Part shown: positions 35,474 to 64,000 of the stretch, piece after piece
Numbering within the stretch: position 1 is the stretch's first letter
Layout of the letters: each line of letters starts with the position of its first letter
Assembly (NCBI GenBank): GCA_020137815.1
Contig: CM035362.1
Location: forward strand, 62,001-126,000
Length of the DNA stretch: 64,000 bases
Source of the DNA: Hormiphora californensis
Taxonomy: Eukaryota; Animalia; Ctenophora
Direction of reading: 5' to 3'
Made by a program: the position numbers and the translations under genes
The notes under the pieces: model-generated
Seen by the model: only the letters and a program-made list of their open reading frames with translations
Database searches by the model: none
What the model was told of the DNA's origin: nothing

Positions 35474-35859
35474 GGGTCACCACACACCAAAGTTAAAATT
35501 AAAATTAAAATTTGACGTTTTTGGTCATAACTCTGCCATTTCTTGGCAAAATTGCTTCATTTTGGGCTTGTTGGAAAGAGGGCATCGAGCCCGTTCTAAA
35601 CAGCCCAAGAAACTTGAAATCGGCGCAAAGTGTGCGGCGTTACAGTGCAAAATGTGTGCGTTAAAATTTTAACGTGCGCATTATGCGCCTTAACGCCGCG
35701 CACTTTGCGCCGATTTCAAGTTTCTTGGGCTGTTCAGAACGGGCTCGATGCCCTCTTTCCAACAAGCCCAAAATGAAGCAATTTTGCCAAGAAATGGCAG
35801 AGTTATGACCAAAAACGTCAAATTTTAATTTTAATTTTAACTTTGGTGTGTGGTGACCC
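35474..35859. mobile_element. PIF/Harbinger-like MITE, near-perfect palindrome
   Basis: GGGTCACCACACACC TIRs; 3-bp TSD ACA. Confidence 0.8.
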
Positions 35860-35999
35860 ACACACACACACACGCATTGAGCAAGCTCAATGTTTAGCCA
35901 TTCTCCGGCTGGGTATAGGGCTGAGGTACTGGCAAGATATAGTAGGATCGCTACTGCCCACATGTCAAGTTTATTCGGATATACAAGTTTAAAAGGTTG

Positions 36000-36214
36000 G
36001 GTGAGCGGACTCTAGTGCTAAAATCACGAAAAGCGAACTCGAGATTTCGGCCGTTAGGCCGGAAACGAGAGTTTGCTGTGCCTCTATACTCGTTTAGAAG
36101 TGTTAGGGCTGTTATTTGGGTTCGAGGTGAGGGGTCAGTGTAAAGGTTAGGGTTAGATATAGAGTCCTCCTTGGGTTTAGATATAGAGTCCGTTAGCACT
36201 AGAGTCCACCCACC
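36000..36214. mobile_element. Mutator-like MITE (family of 8172-8386), no intact TSD
   Basis: Near-identical to 27523-27728. Confidence 0.75.
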
Positions 36215-37699
36215 CTCTCATATATACTCGGCCATTACTCCCAACCACTAGTAGTGGTTTTCAGTACCTCTTATACTGGTAAATCCGTATAGAAATCCGT
36301 ATAGATCACTCCGTATATCTTGCACTGACCCAGTATTACCACACATTAATTGTGACCCCCAACCTAATAAACTTGACATGTGGGCAGTAGCGATCCTACT
36401 ATCCTACTATATATTGCCAGTACCTACTTTCACCTGGAATCACTTTGGAAGGCTTGCTATCACGTCATGGTACGGTTGTAGGGCCTACAGCCGTACCATG
36501 ACGTGGTAGCAAGTCTTCCAAGCATGAAACTATCATCACACAATAATTGTAAGTGACTGGGGGTAAAGTTGAAGCACTTGGTAACAAACTAGGGTCTCCT
36601 AAGCAACTGTCTTGGTTATCACAGCAACTGCTTTGATTACCATAGCAACCACCCTGGATACCATAGCAAATCACATCGTATCAGCCAAAAATTGCTCTTT
36701 GAGTGCAAAATTCCTCAGGAAATCCAGTTTTGAAGCTTAGTCATCAATTTTACACCCATCTGGGGCAGGGAAACACCGCATTATGAATACATAATGCAAT
36801 AATCACTGCGCTGGCAAGCGCAAAGGTTGCCATTCCCCCCCCCCCCCCAAAAAAAGCGCTGCCAGAAACGCAGTTATACGTTTTATGGGTGTTTGGCTGA
36901 AAAACCGGATTTCAGAAGGCTATAGCGTTGCCCCCTTTCATCCGATTGACTTGAAATTTGGAATGTACACCCGGCTTGGGGTCTTTTACTTAAGTTTAAA
37001 ATTTCAAGTCTCTATCTCATCTGGAACTGAAGTTACAGATAGGTCCCATTTGCCTTAGATTCAGTGTAACGGACACGCGCGCGCGCGCGCGTATACGCGC
37101 GTAGGAGAGACGCTTTTTCTGAGCACGGTTCTGAACAAACGGAAAGAGATAGAGACTTCTCGTTTTCACTAGCTTGTAGATCTACTGGATTATTGTGTTA
37201 TTAGCGGGGTGAAGTTTTCTATCATCTCCAGGAACGTCCTACAGAACGTCTTAAAGTCGTCATTTTTTACACTCTGACCAAACTACTTTGAGCTCATTTT
37301 ACACCCTAAAGACGGATTCTAATCGAAAAACGAAGACTATATCATGGAAAGAGAATTGTCTGAACTTTCAGAATCAATATCGCGAATTTTCAAAACTAGA
37401 CGTATAAGGGTCTTAAAACGCGTCTAAAGTGTTATGACTGTTTAAAAATAGATATGACGATATGAGTTTTTTCGCCATAGCGGACTCAAATCTCATCCAA
37501 TCGATCTCAAACTTGGTCAGTATCTTCATCTAGGTAATCCCGATGATATGACGTCATCATTATGACGTCATAACGTCGTGACGTCATTTTATGACGTCAA
37601 AATGACGTCAAAAATTAAAATTTTCCAATTTCACGATTCCATCCTCTCCGTACCTGTTCTACTATATGTAAATGGATAAAAAATCCCAAAAATGATGCA

Positions 37700-37904
37700 A
37701 ATTATACCAAAACTAATTGAAATTAGTAGGCCGGAAAGGTTGCCCTATGATTTGAGCTACCTTTGCCACCGTAACTTTCATGGGGTACAGACAGGGTACA
37801 GATGCTTCGTTTAGCTTCAAAAGGGAATTTACTGGTGCCAAAGGTAGCTCAAATCATAGGGCAACCTTTCCGGCCTACTAATTTCAATTAGTTTTGGTAT
37901 AATT
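37700..37904. mobile_element. Palindromic MITE-like element
   Basis: ~70-bp near-perfect inverted arms starting AATTATACCAAAACTAATTGAAATTAGTAGGCCGGAAAGG. Confidence 0.65.
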
Positions 37905-38404
37905 CTAGTTACAAAATGTCTTTTTCCCTCGATCTCCATCTGTCCGATAATTTATACGATTTACAATTAAAATAATATTTTAAATATATGCTTCAAAACG
38001 TCCTTTCGGCAAAAATATTGTTTGACTAACTTCTCTTTTCAATTTGCTTCAAAACACAATATAACCAGAATCCAGAACTTCACTACCCTCATAATCCTTG
38101 TCACAAATCCAATCCATGACCGCGTACAATTCAAGAGTGGCCCCGGCACGGATTTTTTTGGTGGGGTGGTATGGCACAGCCCCCAGCGGCCAACGAAGCC
38201 CCCGGAAAAGTTTGCCCAATTTTAGTTTTTGATCAGATTTAAGCAATTTGGAATACATTTTAACGGGGGGGGGGGGGGGGGGGGGGGGGCAACACGGTTC
38301 AACACGGCATTAGTGAAAACGGTAAGACGAGACCAATCACAGCGCCAGATTGACAACACGTGATTCCTGTCGATACCGAAATACCTATTTCAAATATACA
38401 TATA

Positions 38405-39294
38405 CAGTCAGACCCCGATTTAGGGACACCATCGGGGGAAAGGCTCTTGTCCACTAAATCGGGGTGTCCACTAAATCGAGGTCAAATAAGGTTAATTTTT
38501 AGAAGAAGAAGAAGGTTAATTTCCTATATCGGGGGAAAAAATCCTGTCCCTAAATCGGGGTGCCACTAAATCGGGTGCCCCTAAATCGGGGTCCGACTGT
38601 AATATGTATTTCAGAAAGTAAGGGTCTAGCACTTAGGTAGATGTACCTAGCTAACTGCAGAAAATTTAGCCAATTATGTCATAAAATTTTTCAAAAATTC
38701 TTCATGGAAAAATCAAGTTGCCATTTTGTGGTTTCTTACCGCCCAATTTTCGCTCATTCAACCTTGTGGACTAAAATTCAGGAAAGTTAAACAATAATCC
38801 ACCATACTAGACCTAATTGCAGTGCTAATTGACAAAATGTTTGTGATTAAACGTCAAAACTTTTCGTATATCGTCTTATTTTGATTTTCATTAATTTTCA
38901 GAATTTTTTCAGAATTTTTTGTCGGCTAGAAATACAGTGCTGCTTGTAGTCAAATTACCGTAATGAAAATACAGTAAGGAGACGCGCACGGTGCATAACG
39001 TGCGGCAAAAAGTTCATGTGTCAGCACGTACTAGCGCCCTGATTGGTCACGGTTGCGCGTCGTCTTACTGTATCTTCGTTTTCCATTACCGTTTTCCCAC
39101 TACAAGCGACCGTGTTACAGTCGGACCCCGATTTAGGGACACCCTCGGGGGAAAGGCGCAGGCTCTTGTCCACTAAATCGGGGTGTCCACTAAATCGGGG
39201 TCAAATAAGGTTAATTTCCTATATCGGGGAAAAAAATCCTGTCCCTAAATCGGGGTGCCACTAAATCGGGGGCCCCTAAATCGGGGTCCGACTG
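38405..39294. mobile_element. Cluster of TA-flanked MITEs (38405-38599, 38935-39114, 39118-39294)
   Basis: CAGTC(A/G)GACCCCGATTT and CAGTGCTGCTTG family termini; another copy at 44266-44437. Confidence 0.8.
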
Positions 39295-40085
39295 TATGTG
39301 CAAAATAGGGGTCTACTGATAAACGAGAGGCACAGTTTAAAAATTGATACCGTAATATCTCCGGTTCCTGATGAGATACAGAAACCGTTTTGGTAGCGTT
39401 GGAAAGGTCTTATTGAGACCAAACCAACGCAATCTATTTGCGAGACGCAGTGAGTGTGCCCAGTAAAACCAGTGCTGACAATATCGGTAGACCCCCTATT
39501 TCGAATTTTTTTCTAGCCGACAAAATAAGACGATATACGAAAAGTTTTAGGTATCTTGTCAACCTTTAACTGCAAAGTTTGAAGGGGAAGGTGGGTGTCT
39601 GACAATTTCGAAAAAATCTGCAGTTATAGGCATATGTGTCATGCAGTTGAGTGTTTAAAGCTATTTACCATCCACAAAAAATTTTGGGGAGGGAGGGGGG
39701 TGGGGTGACAACCACCCCATGCTGGGGCCACCACTGGTACAATTAGCCAACAAACTAACTGTCTTGCTTTATCTGGCCTTGTTTGACCAGATTATTGATT
39801 TCGTGAAAAACAAAGAAACACTGACAACCTCACACAACCACCCAATTAATAATCAATTAACGCTATGATTACATCACTAATTACACTCTCAATCTTATAT
39901 TAATCAACTTATATAACGAGACGCCAGTCAATCGCAATATCAACTTATATGTTGATCTCCGAGTATTGAGTCCGATCTTTGCTCCAGTTGTCGGTTGGAC
40001 ACAGCGAATATGTGTGTTTTTCAAGGGGATATATCACAGCTCAGGTGACAAGGAATTCTGAGTGGTCACCATGGTGACACAAATA

Positions 40086-56507
<16,422 letters not shown>

Positions 56508-57359
56508 GGGTTCTACATCTTGGAATCCAGGTGCTCCAGTGGCGTCACGATTGTCAGTCACGATGAGGCCTTACACTCGACTAGAATAGGAATAATTATT
56601 ATGATTGAATCTATAATCTAACGACCAGAGTAGGAAACGAGAAGTTGAAGTATAAAGATAACTTGAAACTAAAAAAGGCTAACAACAAAATACAGATTCA
56701 ATTTTATTTTATTTATAATCTTATCTTATAGTTGATTGTCCTTGCCTCGGATAGTGATGAAATACAATTTGTATTGAAACATGTGTAAACTGTTGAACTA
56801 AAACTTCCTTGTTTTTATTTGTAATCTTATCTTACTATAACTAATGCAAAAACCATCCCGGAGAAAATGCACGTGCAAATTGTACCTCCGTTCCTAGGGA
56901 TCCGGGTGGAAACTGTGATCATAGTTGTACAGTGAGTAAAGGCAGATTATTGCACGTGCAACTCTTATTGTCTTGGGGTGCTCTCCTGGTCCTGGTGCGC
57001 TCTTGGACCTGGTTCGCTCTTGGAGGGTGCGATTATAATCTAGGTGCCTGTCTGTTTACAGGTGCGCGCTAGCAAAAAGAGTACGCTTTTATTTTCAAGA
57101 CCGACTTTTTTCAAACGGCTATAGCCACGCTGCGTTAGTACTATCGATTCTCTACCAGATACCGTAAACTGTTTAGTTTACTCAAATCGGCCATGTGGTT
57201 GCGTGACCCATGCAACGGGTTAGGGCTATCCCAGATTATAATCACGCCCGTTTGAAACGCGTTTCAAACGACTTGACCTGAGATTCCTGGAAATTCAGGA
57301 TTTCCCCTTTGTAAATACACACGCAATGCGCCAAATTCCAAGAATTATGGGTCAAGTCG

Positions 57360-59520
57360 CTTGAGTCGTGGAGCACATCACAGAAGAGGAAGCTGAGATA
57401 AGCGACCTCAGCTTTACGAAGGAGGACATAGAGCGGGCACTCAAGGAACTCAATACAAACCGAACTCAGCGGCCCCTCCTGGTGATATCCCGTCCATCAT
57501 TCTGAAGAACTGCCGCCAAACCTTGTCCTATCCAATATGGGTTATATGGCAGTCCTCATTTCAGTCTGGTACTATACCCTCCGTTATGAGATCAATACCT
57601 GGTAACTATAGGCCGGTATCTCTTACTTCTCATCTTTCGAAAACCTTTGAAAGAATTGTAAGGGATCACCTAACGGAGTTCCTAGAGAGGGCAGAGCTGC
57701 ACTGTAACGGTCAACATGGATTCAGGAAAGGGAGAAGTACGATGACCCATCTTCTCGCCCATATCGATAGAGTTCTCAAACATCTGACGGACAACAACGA
57801 AGTCGATGTGCTTTACCTAGATTTCCAAAAAGCATTCGACTGAGTTGATATTGGGGTCTTACTGAGAAAGTTACAGAAGTATGGGGTGAGAGGAAAACTA
57901 CTTGCTTGGATAAAGGAATTCCTCACCAATAGGAAGCAAGCAGTACTAGTCGATGGTGAGCAGTCGCGGTGGGAATGGGTCATAAGCAGTGTGATCCAGG
58001 GAAGCGTGCTGGGACCTATCTTGTTTATTTTCTACGTAATTGACTTGAAGGAGTCTTTGTCAAGTGCCGACGCCTTGTCTTTTGCGGACGACACGAAACT
58101 CATACAAGTAATACGGACACTACTTGCCCAGGCTGAACTTCAAAAGGACCTAGGAAGTGTGACTCAGTGGTCAATAGGGTGTGCTAAGTGAAAATTTTGT
58201 CGACTTGGCCAAAAGGTTAAGAGTAGATATGAAACTATGGACAATTGTCTACTACATCCTGAAAACGGAATTGGGATAGTGTATGTCAATTACGTGGGCC
58301 AGGCGATTAAAAAAGTTTACTTTTTTACCGAAAAAAGGAAAATATGTGTGTTTTACACCAGTGTTTGGCATGTTCTTGATATCAACTTTTTATGGTCAGG
58401 GTCGTGTTCAGCGGTTTGATACCGATCAGAATGGATGTGTATCATGAAAGTTAGCCAAAGGTCATTTTTGACCTGAAAATGTTCATTTTGGACCAAAAAT
58501 GTTCATTTTTGACTAAAAATGTTCATTTTGGCCATTTTCTTCAATTTTGAGAGCTTTTTCATGAACGGGATCGTGTTCAGCAGGTCAAAAGTAGTCGGTT
58601 ACAACCGGAATTTGGTTTCCGACAAATAAAATCTCAAAAAGTTAAAATTCGTCTCAACTAATACTGCAAAGTAGGAAAATTTGCAAGAAAAAAAGATGAA
58701 AAAAAAATAAAATTTTCATTATAAAATGGAGTTCTGAAGGTGCAGACTGGAAATAATGGTTGTACTGGTTCTCATGAGGCGATTCATATGTGTGGTTTTT
58801 TCGAAATAACGCCCCAAAAAACATTTTTTGATATGAATATGCCCATATATGGGCATACATCGGCCCACGTAATTGGGCCAGGGTAGGACTAAAATTTTTT
58901 TACCAAATGTTTTAGAATGATCGTAGGAACTCATTCTAGGGGTAAACTTTGTGAAAATTGGATTTGATTTATGAGTTGGGAAAAATAGCACACCCTAGTG
59001 GTCAATCAACAACAACATGAAACTCCATGAAGATAAGTTTCAACTGATCAACTGTTCGCTTGGTAGGTCAAAGCTGTTGAGAGAACTACCCTTCACTGCA
59101 GAAACTTTATCCTATGTTACAATGGGAGGAACCGAGGTCGATCCAGAGCAGCATGTAAAAGACCTGGGGGTCTGGCTATCTGCAGATGGTACATGGACTC
59201 ATCATATTGGCGATATTGTGAGGAGAGCTAACATGATCTCAGGGTGGATATTCTGTGCATTCAGGAGTAGGTCAGCAGAAGTACTACTAACCTTGTATAG
59301 GCATTACCCATACTAGAATACTGTTGCCTGGTCTGGAATCCAACCAAAATCGGAGATATTCAAGCGGTGGAAAACGTCCAACGGGCGTTCACCCTGAAGA
59401 TCCAAGGGATGAAGGATCTGGACTACTGGCAGCGTCTTGAGGCGCTTGACCTCATGTCCCTTCAGAGGAGACGCCAAAGGTATGAGTTAATCCACGTCCA
59501 GACGGGTCGGTTACGAGTAC
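57360..59520 (+). pseudogene. 5'-truncated, degenerate CR1-like LINE RT
   Basis: NYRPVSLTSHLSKTFER, QHGFRKGRST, YLDFQKAFD*, QGSVLGPILF, FADDTKL, KDLGV, LEYC..WNP, ENVQRAFT, L.SLQRRR; contains stops and frameshifts. Confidence 0.9.
58175..58997 (+). mobile_element. hAT-like non-autonomous element (823 bp) inserted in the CR1-like RT
   Basis: TAGGGTGTGCTA...TAGCACACCCTA TIRs; 8-bp TSD GTGGTCAA at 58167-58174 and 58998-59005. Removing it restores ...VTQWSINNNMKLHEDKF. Confidence 0.92.
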
Positions 59521-60291
59521 AGGCGAAAACCCAGAAATATAGGGATCCCTAAAAAAGTTCAGTATGAGGCCCCTCGGAAATGTTCAAGTCATGCACAATA
59601 ATAATAATAATAATAATATCGAATATTTATATCCCGCTATAATGCGTTAAATATGCTAGTTCACTACTCGTTTGAACTAGAACTAAAAGATATACTTAAA
59701 GAACATCGAGATTACTGTTAAAACTAACACCGCGTCTATAGCGGCCTTCTCAGAGCCAGAGAAATGCCATTTAAGCTATTTTGATAACAAGAAATAAAAA
59801 TGAAGAAAGAAAGTTTAATCAGTAGAAGTAGTATAAAAAACATATGTGATAGTATTAAAAAAATAAAGAAAGATAGATAATTGTAATATTGTTAATAAGT
59901 CAGAATTAAGATGGAGCTAAGTTTAAAACAGTGTGAGGGAAGTGGAAGTGTGAGGGAAGTGGAAAAAGTTGAAAATGGTGAGTAAGGTGGATGAAGTGGA
60001 AAGGCAGTTTCTAAGGTTAAAAATTAAGGCGAGTACAATCAAATAGATGATAACAGCTAGGTAGCTTGAGTCAGATTGAATAATACAGAGCGTTGATTGG
60101 AACAACATATTAATTGGATAATTAAAAAGAATAAATTAGTTGATTAAAAAGAATAAGTTAGAACTTAGAATAAGTTGTAGCGTTATAAATAATGAAGTGA
60201 TGTGATTGTGATCGTTTATGTCTTGTCTTTAGCTTGTCTTGTCTTTATTAGCACATATATAGTCAGCTCAAGGCCCCTGAGTTAGAAGGTA

Positions 60292-63200
60292 CTAAGGGCA
60301 GGAGGGATTAAGAATCTTGGTCTTAGTCGTATGTGGCTGAGTCACTGCTTTATTATCTGGATAGGCAACGGTGAAAAGATGGGACTTCAACATTTTCTTA
60401 AAAGTTTCAAGGGATGTTGCTTCTCTTAGATTCTTTGGTAGTTTGTTCCATAATTTAGGGCCGCAAACGCTGAACGCCTTCTGAGTGGTAAGATATTTGG
60501 TGTCATGGCGTTTTTCTAATAGGGTCATGTCCTCATCGAGACGTACTTTTCTAGACTTTGGCTGTCTGCGTGTAATCATGTCCGAAAGATACTCAGGCAC
60601 AAGTCCATGTAGACATTTGTAGACCAAGAGGCAAATTTTGAACTGAATTCTTTGCTCAACTGGAAGGAAATGGAGTTTCTTCCGCATTTCAGTAACTCCT
60701 CGTCTCCCCTTTGATCCATACACGAATCTAACTGCACTGTTCTGTACCTTTTGTAGACGTTGCAAATCTCGTTTGGAGAGTCCTATGAGTAGTCCATTTC
60801 CAAAGTCAAGCCTTGAATGAACGAGTTGATGAACAAGTTGAGTCTTTAGCTGTATAGAGAGTCCCTTTCTGATCCTCCATAGGTTTGCAAGCTGGCTCCA
60901 GCAGGACTGGATAACCCGTGATACATGTGATGACATCGTGAGAGTCTGATCAAACCAAATACCTAAATTTCGAGCATCTGTGGATGGTTCGGTAGAGTTG
61001 TTGTCACTTTTTTGCAGGAAGATCGACGTTGGATTAGGCGTCTTATCTGATTTATTATTGATAATTACTAATTCAGTTTTGCCTGCATTAAGTTTTAGAT
61101 AGTTAGTGTTCATCCACCATTTGATGTGCTCAAGGCAATTTTGAACATTCTCGAAAATGATCTTCTCGTTAGTTGGATCAAAACTGATATACAATTGTGT
61201 ATCGTCGGCGTACATATGCACTTGTAGCCCATAGACACCTGCAATGTCTTGAATCTCTCGTGTATACATAATAAAGAGGATGGGACCCAGGATCGATCCC
61301 TGAGGGACCCCTATCTCGATTTCAATCGAAGGAGACCTCTCATCCCCAATACTTACTGAAGATGTTCTGCCATTCAAATAGGATCGAAACCACTCCAATG
61401 CAGTATGTTTGATGCCATAGTGGTTATACAACTTATCTAACAAGGTGGCATGCTTTACAGTATCAAAAGCAGCACTTAAATCAAGCAACAGTAGAATGAC
61501 TTTTGTTTTGCTGTCCAAGAGAAGAAGGATGTCATTGAAGATCTTTAGTGTCGCTGTTTCACACGAGTGGTACTTTCGGTAGGCTGATTGCTTAGTGGGT
61601 AAGAGCTTATTTGCCTCTAAGTATTCGACCAGCTGTACAGATACACATTTTTCAACAACTTTTGAAATAAAGCTAAGATTGCTTATCGGCCTATAACTGT
61701 TTAGCTCCTCAGAATCCAGGTCCTTACCCTTAAATGACGGTCGAATGATGGCTTCTTTGAAGACTGATGGAAATATACCCTTTGTGAGGCTGTCGTTGAC
61801 AATCCGAGAAATGACAGGAGTGAGCTCAGGGAGTCCGTCGTTAACCATACTTGAAGGCATTGGATCCAAAGAACAATGCTTCTTGTTCATATCACGGATG
61901 ATTCTGACCAGTTCCTCATCAGTCACTGGTCTAAATTTGGAGAGCGTCGACGTGCAAATTTTTGGCGTAGGCTGTATTTTAGGAGTTGGGACATTTTCAG
62001 CTTCAATCACAGAGTATATTTTCGATACCTTTGTTTTAAAGAACTCGTTAAACCTCGTCGTCAGTGGCATCGTTTCCTTTTTTGATGGCAGTGTTGAAGG
62101 TATTTTTTCTTTTCCAAGTAAGCTGTTAACTACTCTATGGGTAGATTTCGGATCACCTTTCACTCGATCGAGTTTCTTACTGACGAAACTGGCTCGAGCG
62201 TTGTTGAGAACTTTGGATGCAAATTTGCAGGTACTTTTCCAACAGTGATATTTTGGAGCAAGCTTCTTTGGGTTTGTTTTCGTTAGACGAGCACGTTTCC
62301 AGCGTCGCTCAGCTCCTCTGCGTACTCGTCGTGCATTTTGACAAGCTGGTGTTCTGATCCATTGGGGCTGGTCTGGGTTCTTTATTTTCTTTTCTTCCTC
62401 GGGTGCAATTTCATCAGTTATTGACTTTAGAGTTGTGTTGTATAGACGAACACATTCTCCTTGGTCGGAAGGTAGCGTTTCAGCAAGCTTGGAGCCTCGA
62501 ATGAGTTCACGAAGATCCTCTGGTTCAACTCCTTTGAAATTTCTGCATTTCATCATTACCTCATCCTCCTTTCTTTTAAGCAGTATACCGGCCCTGCATT
62601 TTACTAAATAATGATCTGGAGCTGGGGGCACAGGATAGGATTCAATCTCAGTTATTTCGATACCATCTGGCAAACTATCAAATAAATTTGGAATATGCTC
62701 TTCACTGGTTTCATCAGGTTTACCGCAGAACGGGGCACCAATGGGGTCAGATAGCGAAACAGTATTCTTGTCTTGGGTAAGGATAAGATCTAGTGTGCCT
62801 CCTTTGATGTGGGTCGGACCAGTTACTTTATTTTTCCATCCGAACTGGTTCAGAAGTTCATTGAATTTTCGAGCTTGGGGGTCCTGGTTGTCCTCGACAT
62901 GAATATTAAAGTCTCCGCATATTAGACAGCGCTCTTTCCTCTCTGCTAATTTCAGAAACAGATCCTCTAGTTCATCTAGAAACGCTGTAAAATTGCCCGA
63001 AGTGCCAGGCCGGTACACGACAACTATCCTGGTGTTAGTAGGTTCTTTGAGGAGAACCTCAAGGCATTCAAACTGCTTAAACTTGTGACAATACTTACTT
63101 GTTTTCGTCCTCCTTCTGGTAACTAAAGCTACACCACCTCCTCTACCTACACGTGGATGTGATACTATGTTGAAACCTGCTTCTTTGAAAAGAGCACAGA

Positions 63201-63381
63201 GAGCACCATCGTCCTTTTTCATCCATGTTTCAGTGAGTGCGAAAGTATCCAAGTCTTCATCTACAGCGAGTTCCAGGATGTCAATCGCTTTATTCCTCAG
63301 TGAAAAGCAATTCAGGAGACCAAAATTCAGCCATCTGGATACAATTAGTTTTTTGACAGGTACTGGAGACGGATGGGACAC
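60292..63381 (-). CDS. LINE ORF2: AP endonuclease + reverse transcriptase (~1029 aa, uninterrupted)
   Basis: NCFSL, LTETW, GGGVA, VYRP, GDFNIH, TLDLI, DH; YRPISNLSFISKVVEK, LLDLSAAFDTV, GVPQGSILGP, YADDTQLY; L2-type C-terminus LHFLPVEQRIQFK...AFSVCGPKLWNKLP. The annotated start is a GTG. Confidence 0.95.
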   Translation of the reverse strand: MSHPSPVPVKKLIVSRWLNFGLLNCFSLRNKAIDILELAVDEDLDTFALTETWMKKDDGALCALFKEAGFNIVSHPRVGRGGGVALVTRRRTKTSKYCHKFKQFECLEVLLKEPTNTRIVVVYRPGTSGNFTAFLDELEDLFLKLAERKERCLICGDFNIHVEDNQDPQARKFNELLNQFGWKNKVTGPTHIKGGTLDLILTQDKNTVSLSDPIGAPFCGKPDETSEEHIPNLFDSLPDGIEITEIESYPVPPAPDHYLVKCRAGILLKRKEDEVMMKCRNFKGVEPEDLRELIRGSKLAETLPSDQGECVRLYNTTLKSITDEIAPEEEKKIKNPDQPQWIRTPACQNARRVRRGAERRWKRARLTKTNPKKLAPKYHCWKSTCKFASKVLNNARASFVSKKLDRVKGDPKSTHRVVNSLLGKEKIPSTLPSKKETMPLTTRFNEFFKTKVSKIYSVIEAENVPTPKIQPTPKICTSTLSKFRPVTDEELVRIIRDMNKKHCSLDPMPSSMVNDGLPELTPVISRIVNDSLTKGIFPSVFKEAIIRPSFKGKDLDSEELNSYRPISNLSFISKVVEKCVSVQLVEYLEANKLLPTKQSAYRKYHSCETATLKIFNDILLLLDSKTKVILLLLDLSAAFDTVKHATLLDKLYNHYGIKHTALEWFRSYLNGRTSSVSIGDERSPSIEIEIGVPQGSILGPILFIMYTREIQDIAGVYGLQVHMYADDTQLYISFDPTNEKIIFENVQNCLEHIKWWMNTNYLKLNAGKTELVIINNKSDKTPNPTSIFLQKSDNNSTEPSTDARNLGIWFDQTLTMSSHVSRVIQSCWSQLANLWRIRKGLSIQLKTQLVHQLVHSRLDFGNGLLIGLSKRDLQRLQKVQNSAVRFVYGSKGRRGVTEMRKKLHFLPVEQRIQFKICLLVYKCLHGLVPEYLSDMITRRQPKSRKVRLDEDMTLLEKRHDTKYLTTQKAFSVCGPKLWNKLPKNLREATSLETFKKMLKSHLFTVAYPDNKAVTQPHTTKTKILNPSCP

Positions 63382-63809
63382 TGTGGATCAGCTGCGTTAT
63401 GAGTATGAGCAAATGAATGAATGGATGGGTGTCGTGATTTAGCACAATTCGAACATTTAAAGGCAGAATAATTTTTCTTGTTAGGGCATTCTCTGGCTAC
63501 GTGTTTCTCTGAACAACGGAAACAGGTCGGGTCACTCGCTTTACACTCACTTGCATAATGTCCGAAGCCTTGACACTTGAAACACTGTTTTACATACACT
63601 CTCTCTTCTACAAAACAGTTGTAGTTACCAACGTGAATAGAGCCACTGCTAAGAATCAGATCACCAATAGGTTTGCTGACCTTCAACCCAATAGTGGCTT
63701 CATTCTCATTTCGACTGTACCTCTGAAACGACACAACAGACATCTTCTCTCCTCTTTCCAACAACTCGGCAACTCTTGGGTTTAGCTCACAAATAGAATC
63801 TAATATCAT
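63345..63809 (-). CDS. LINE ORF1 C-terminal part (gag-like, three zinc knuckles)
   Basis: CFKCQGFGHYASEC, CFRCSEKHVAREC, CSNC..H.AADPQC. The frame is closed upstream near 63890, suggesting a lesion. Confidence 0.8.
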   Translation of the reverse strand: MILDSICELNPRVAELLERGEKMSVVSFQRYSRNENEATIGLKVSKPIGDLILSSGSIHVGNYNCFVEERVYVKQCFKCQGFGHYASECKASDPTCFRCSEKHVARECPNKKNYSAFKCSNCAKSRHPSIHSFAHTHNAADPQCPIRLQYLSKN

Positions 63810-64000
63810 TGTATCCGTCTCATCCCTGTCAGTAATATGCTTAGGAATAAAAGAAACATCAGCACCTCGAATAGATAATTTTTTAAGGCCTCATGTCCAA
63901 ACTTTTTCACACCAACATTCACATTTTCAGATGCAACCTTTGTTGCTGCCTTGTCATTTCGTCAGCAGTTTTGAACCAATACTGTACTGATCCGTCTTTC

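Larger units (their letters stand above)
59597..64000 (-). mobile_element. L2-group (CR1/L2 superclade) LINE with (TAT)n tail; 5' end outside the window
   Basis: ORF1 with three Cys/His knuckles, APE-RT ORF2, ~700-bp AT-rich 3' UTR ending in an (AAT)n tract at ~59597-59617. Confidence 0.88.

Noticed and set aside
61745-63785. Plus-strand ORFs opposite the LINE ORFs
   Set aside because: Antisense shadows without motifs.

Overview
Repeat-rich eukaryotic (animal) genomic DNA. The repeat families and gene architecture look ctenophore-like, but this is an unverified impression. From left to right: (1) an apparently intact Ty3/Gypsy LTR retrotransposon (minus strand, pol runs off the left edge) inserted into a Penelope-like RT relic; (2) about 30 kb of nested non-autonomous DNA transposons and foldback elements (8-, 9/10-, 3- and 2-bp TSD families), containing an RTE-X-like LINE relic and a full-length Penelope-like element (RT + GIY-YIG, direct terminal repeats, minimal hammerhead ribozymes, TSD); (3) a 15-exon BTB-BACK-6xKelch (KLHL-type) gene on the minus strand (56507->40086) whose 7.3-kb last intron holds an antisense 12-exon gene for a secreted F5/8C-like + C-type-lectin-like protein; (4) a CR1-like relic split by a hAT MITE, then an L2-group LINE with intact ORF2. 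Most notable: the KLHL gene's tandem repeats are built from its own splice sites (20, 12 and 2 copies of three different 3' acceptors, plus a donor-like array), and the LINE ORF2 has no AUG but is joined to ORF1 by a retrovirus-type A AAA AAC -1 slippery site. Gene models were assembled by eye and need RNA-seq confirmation.
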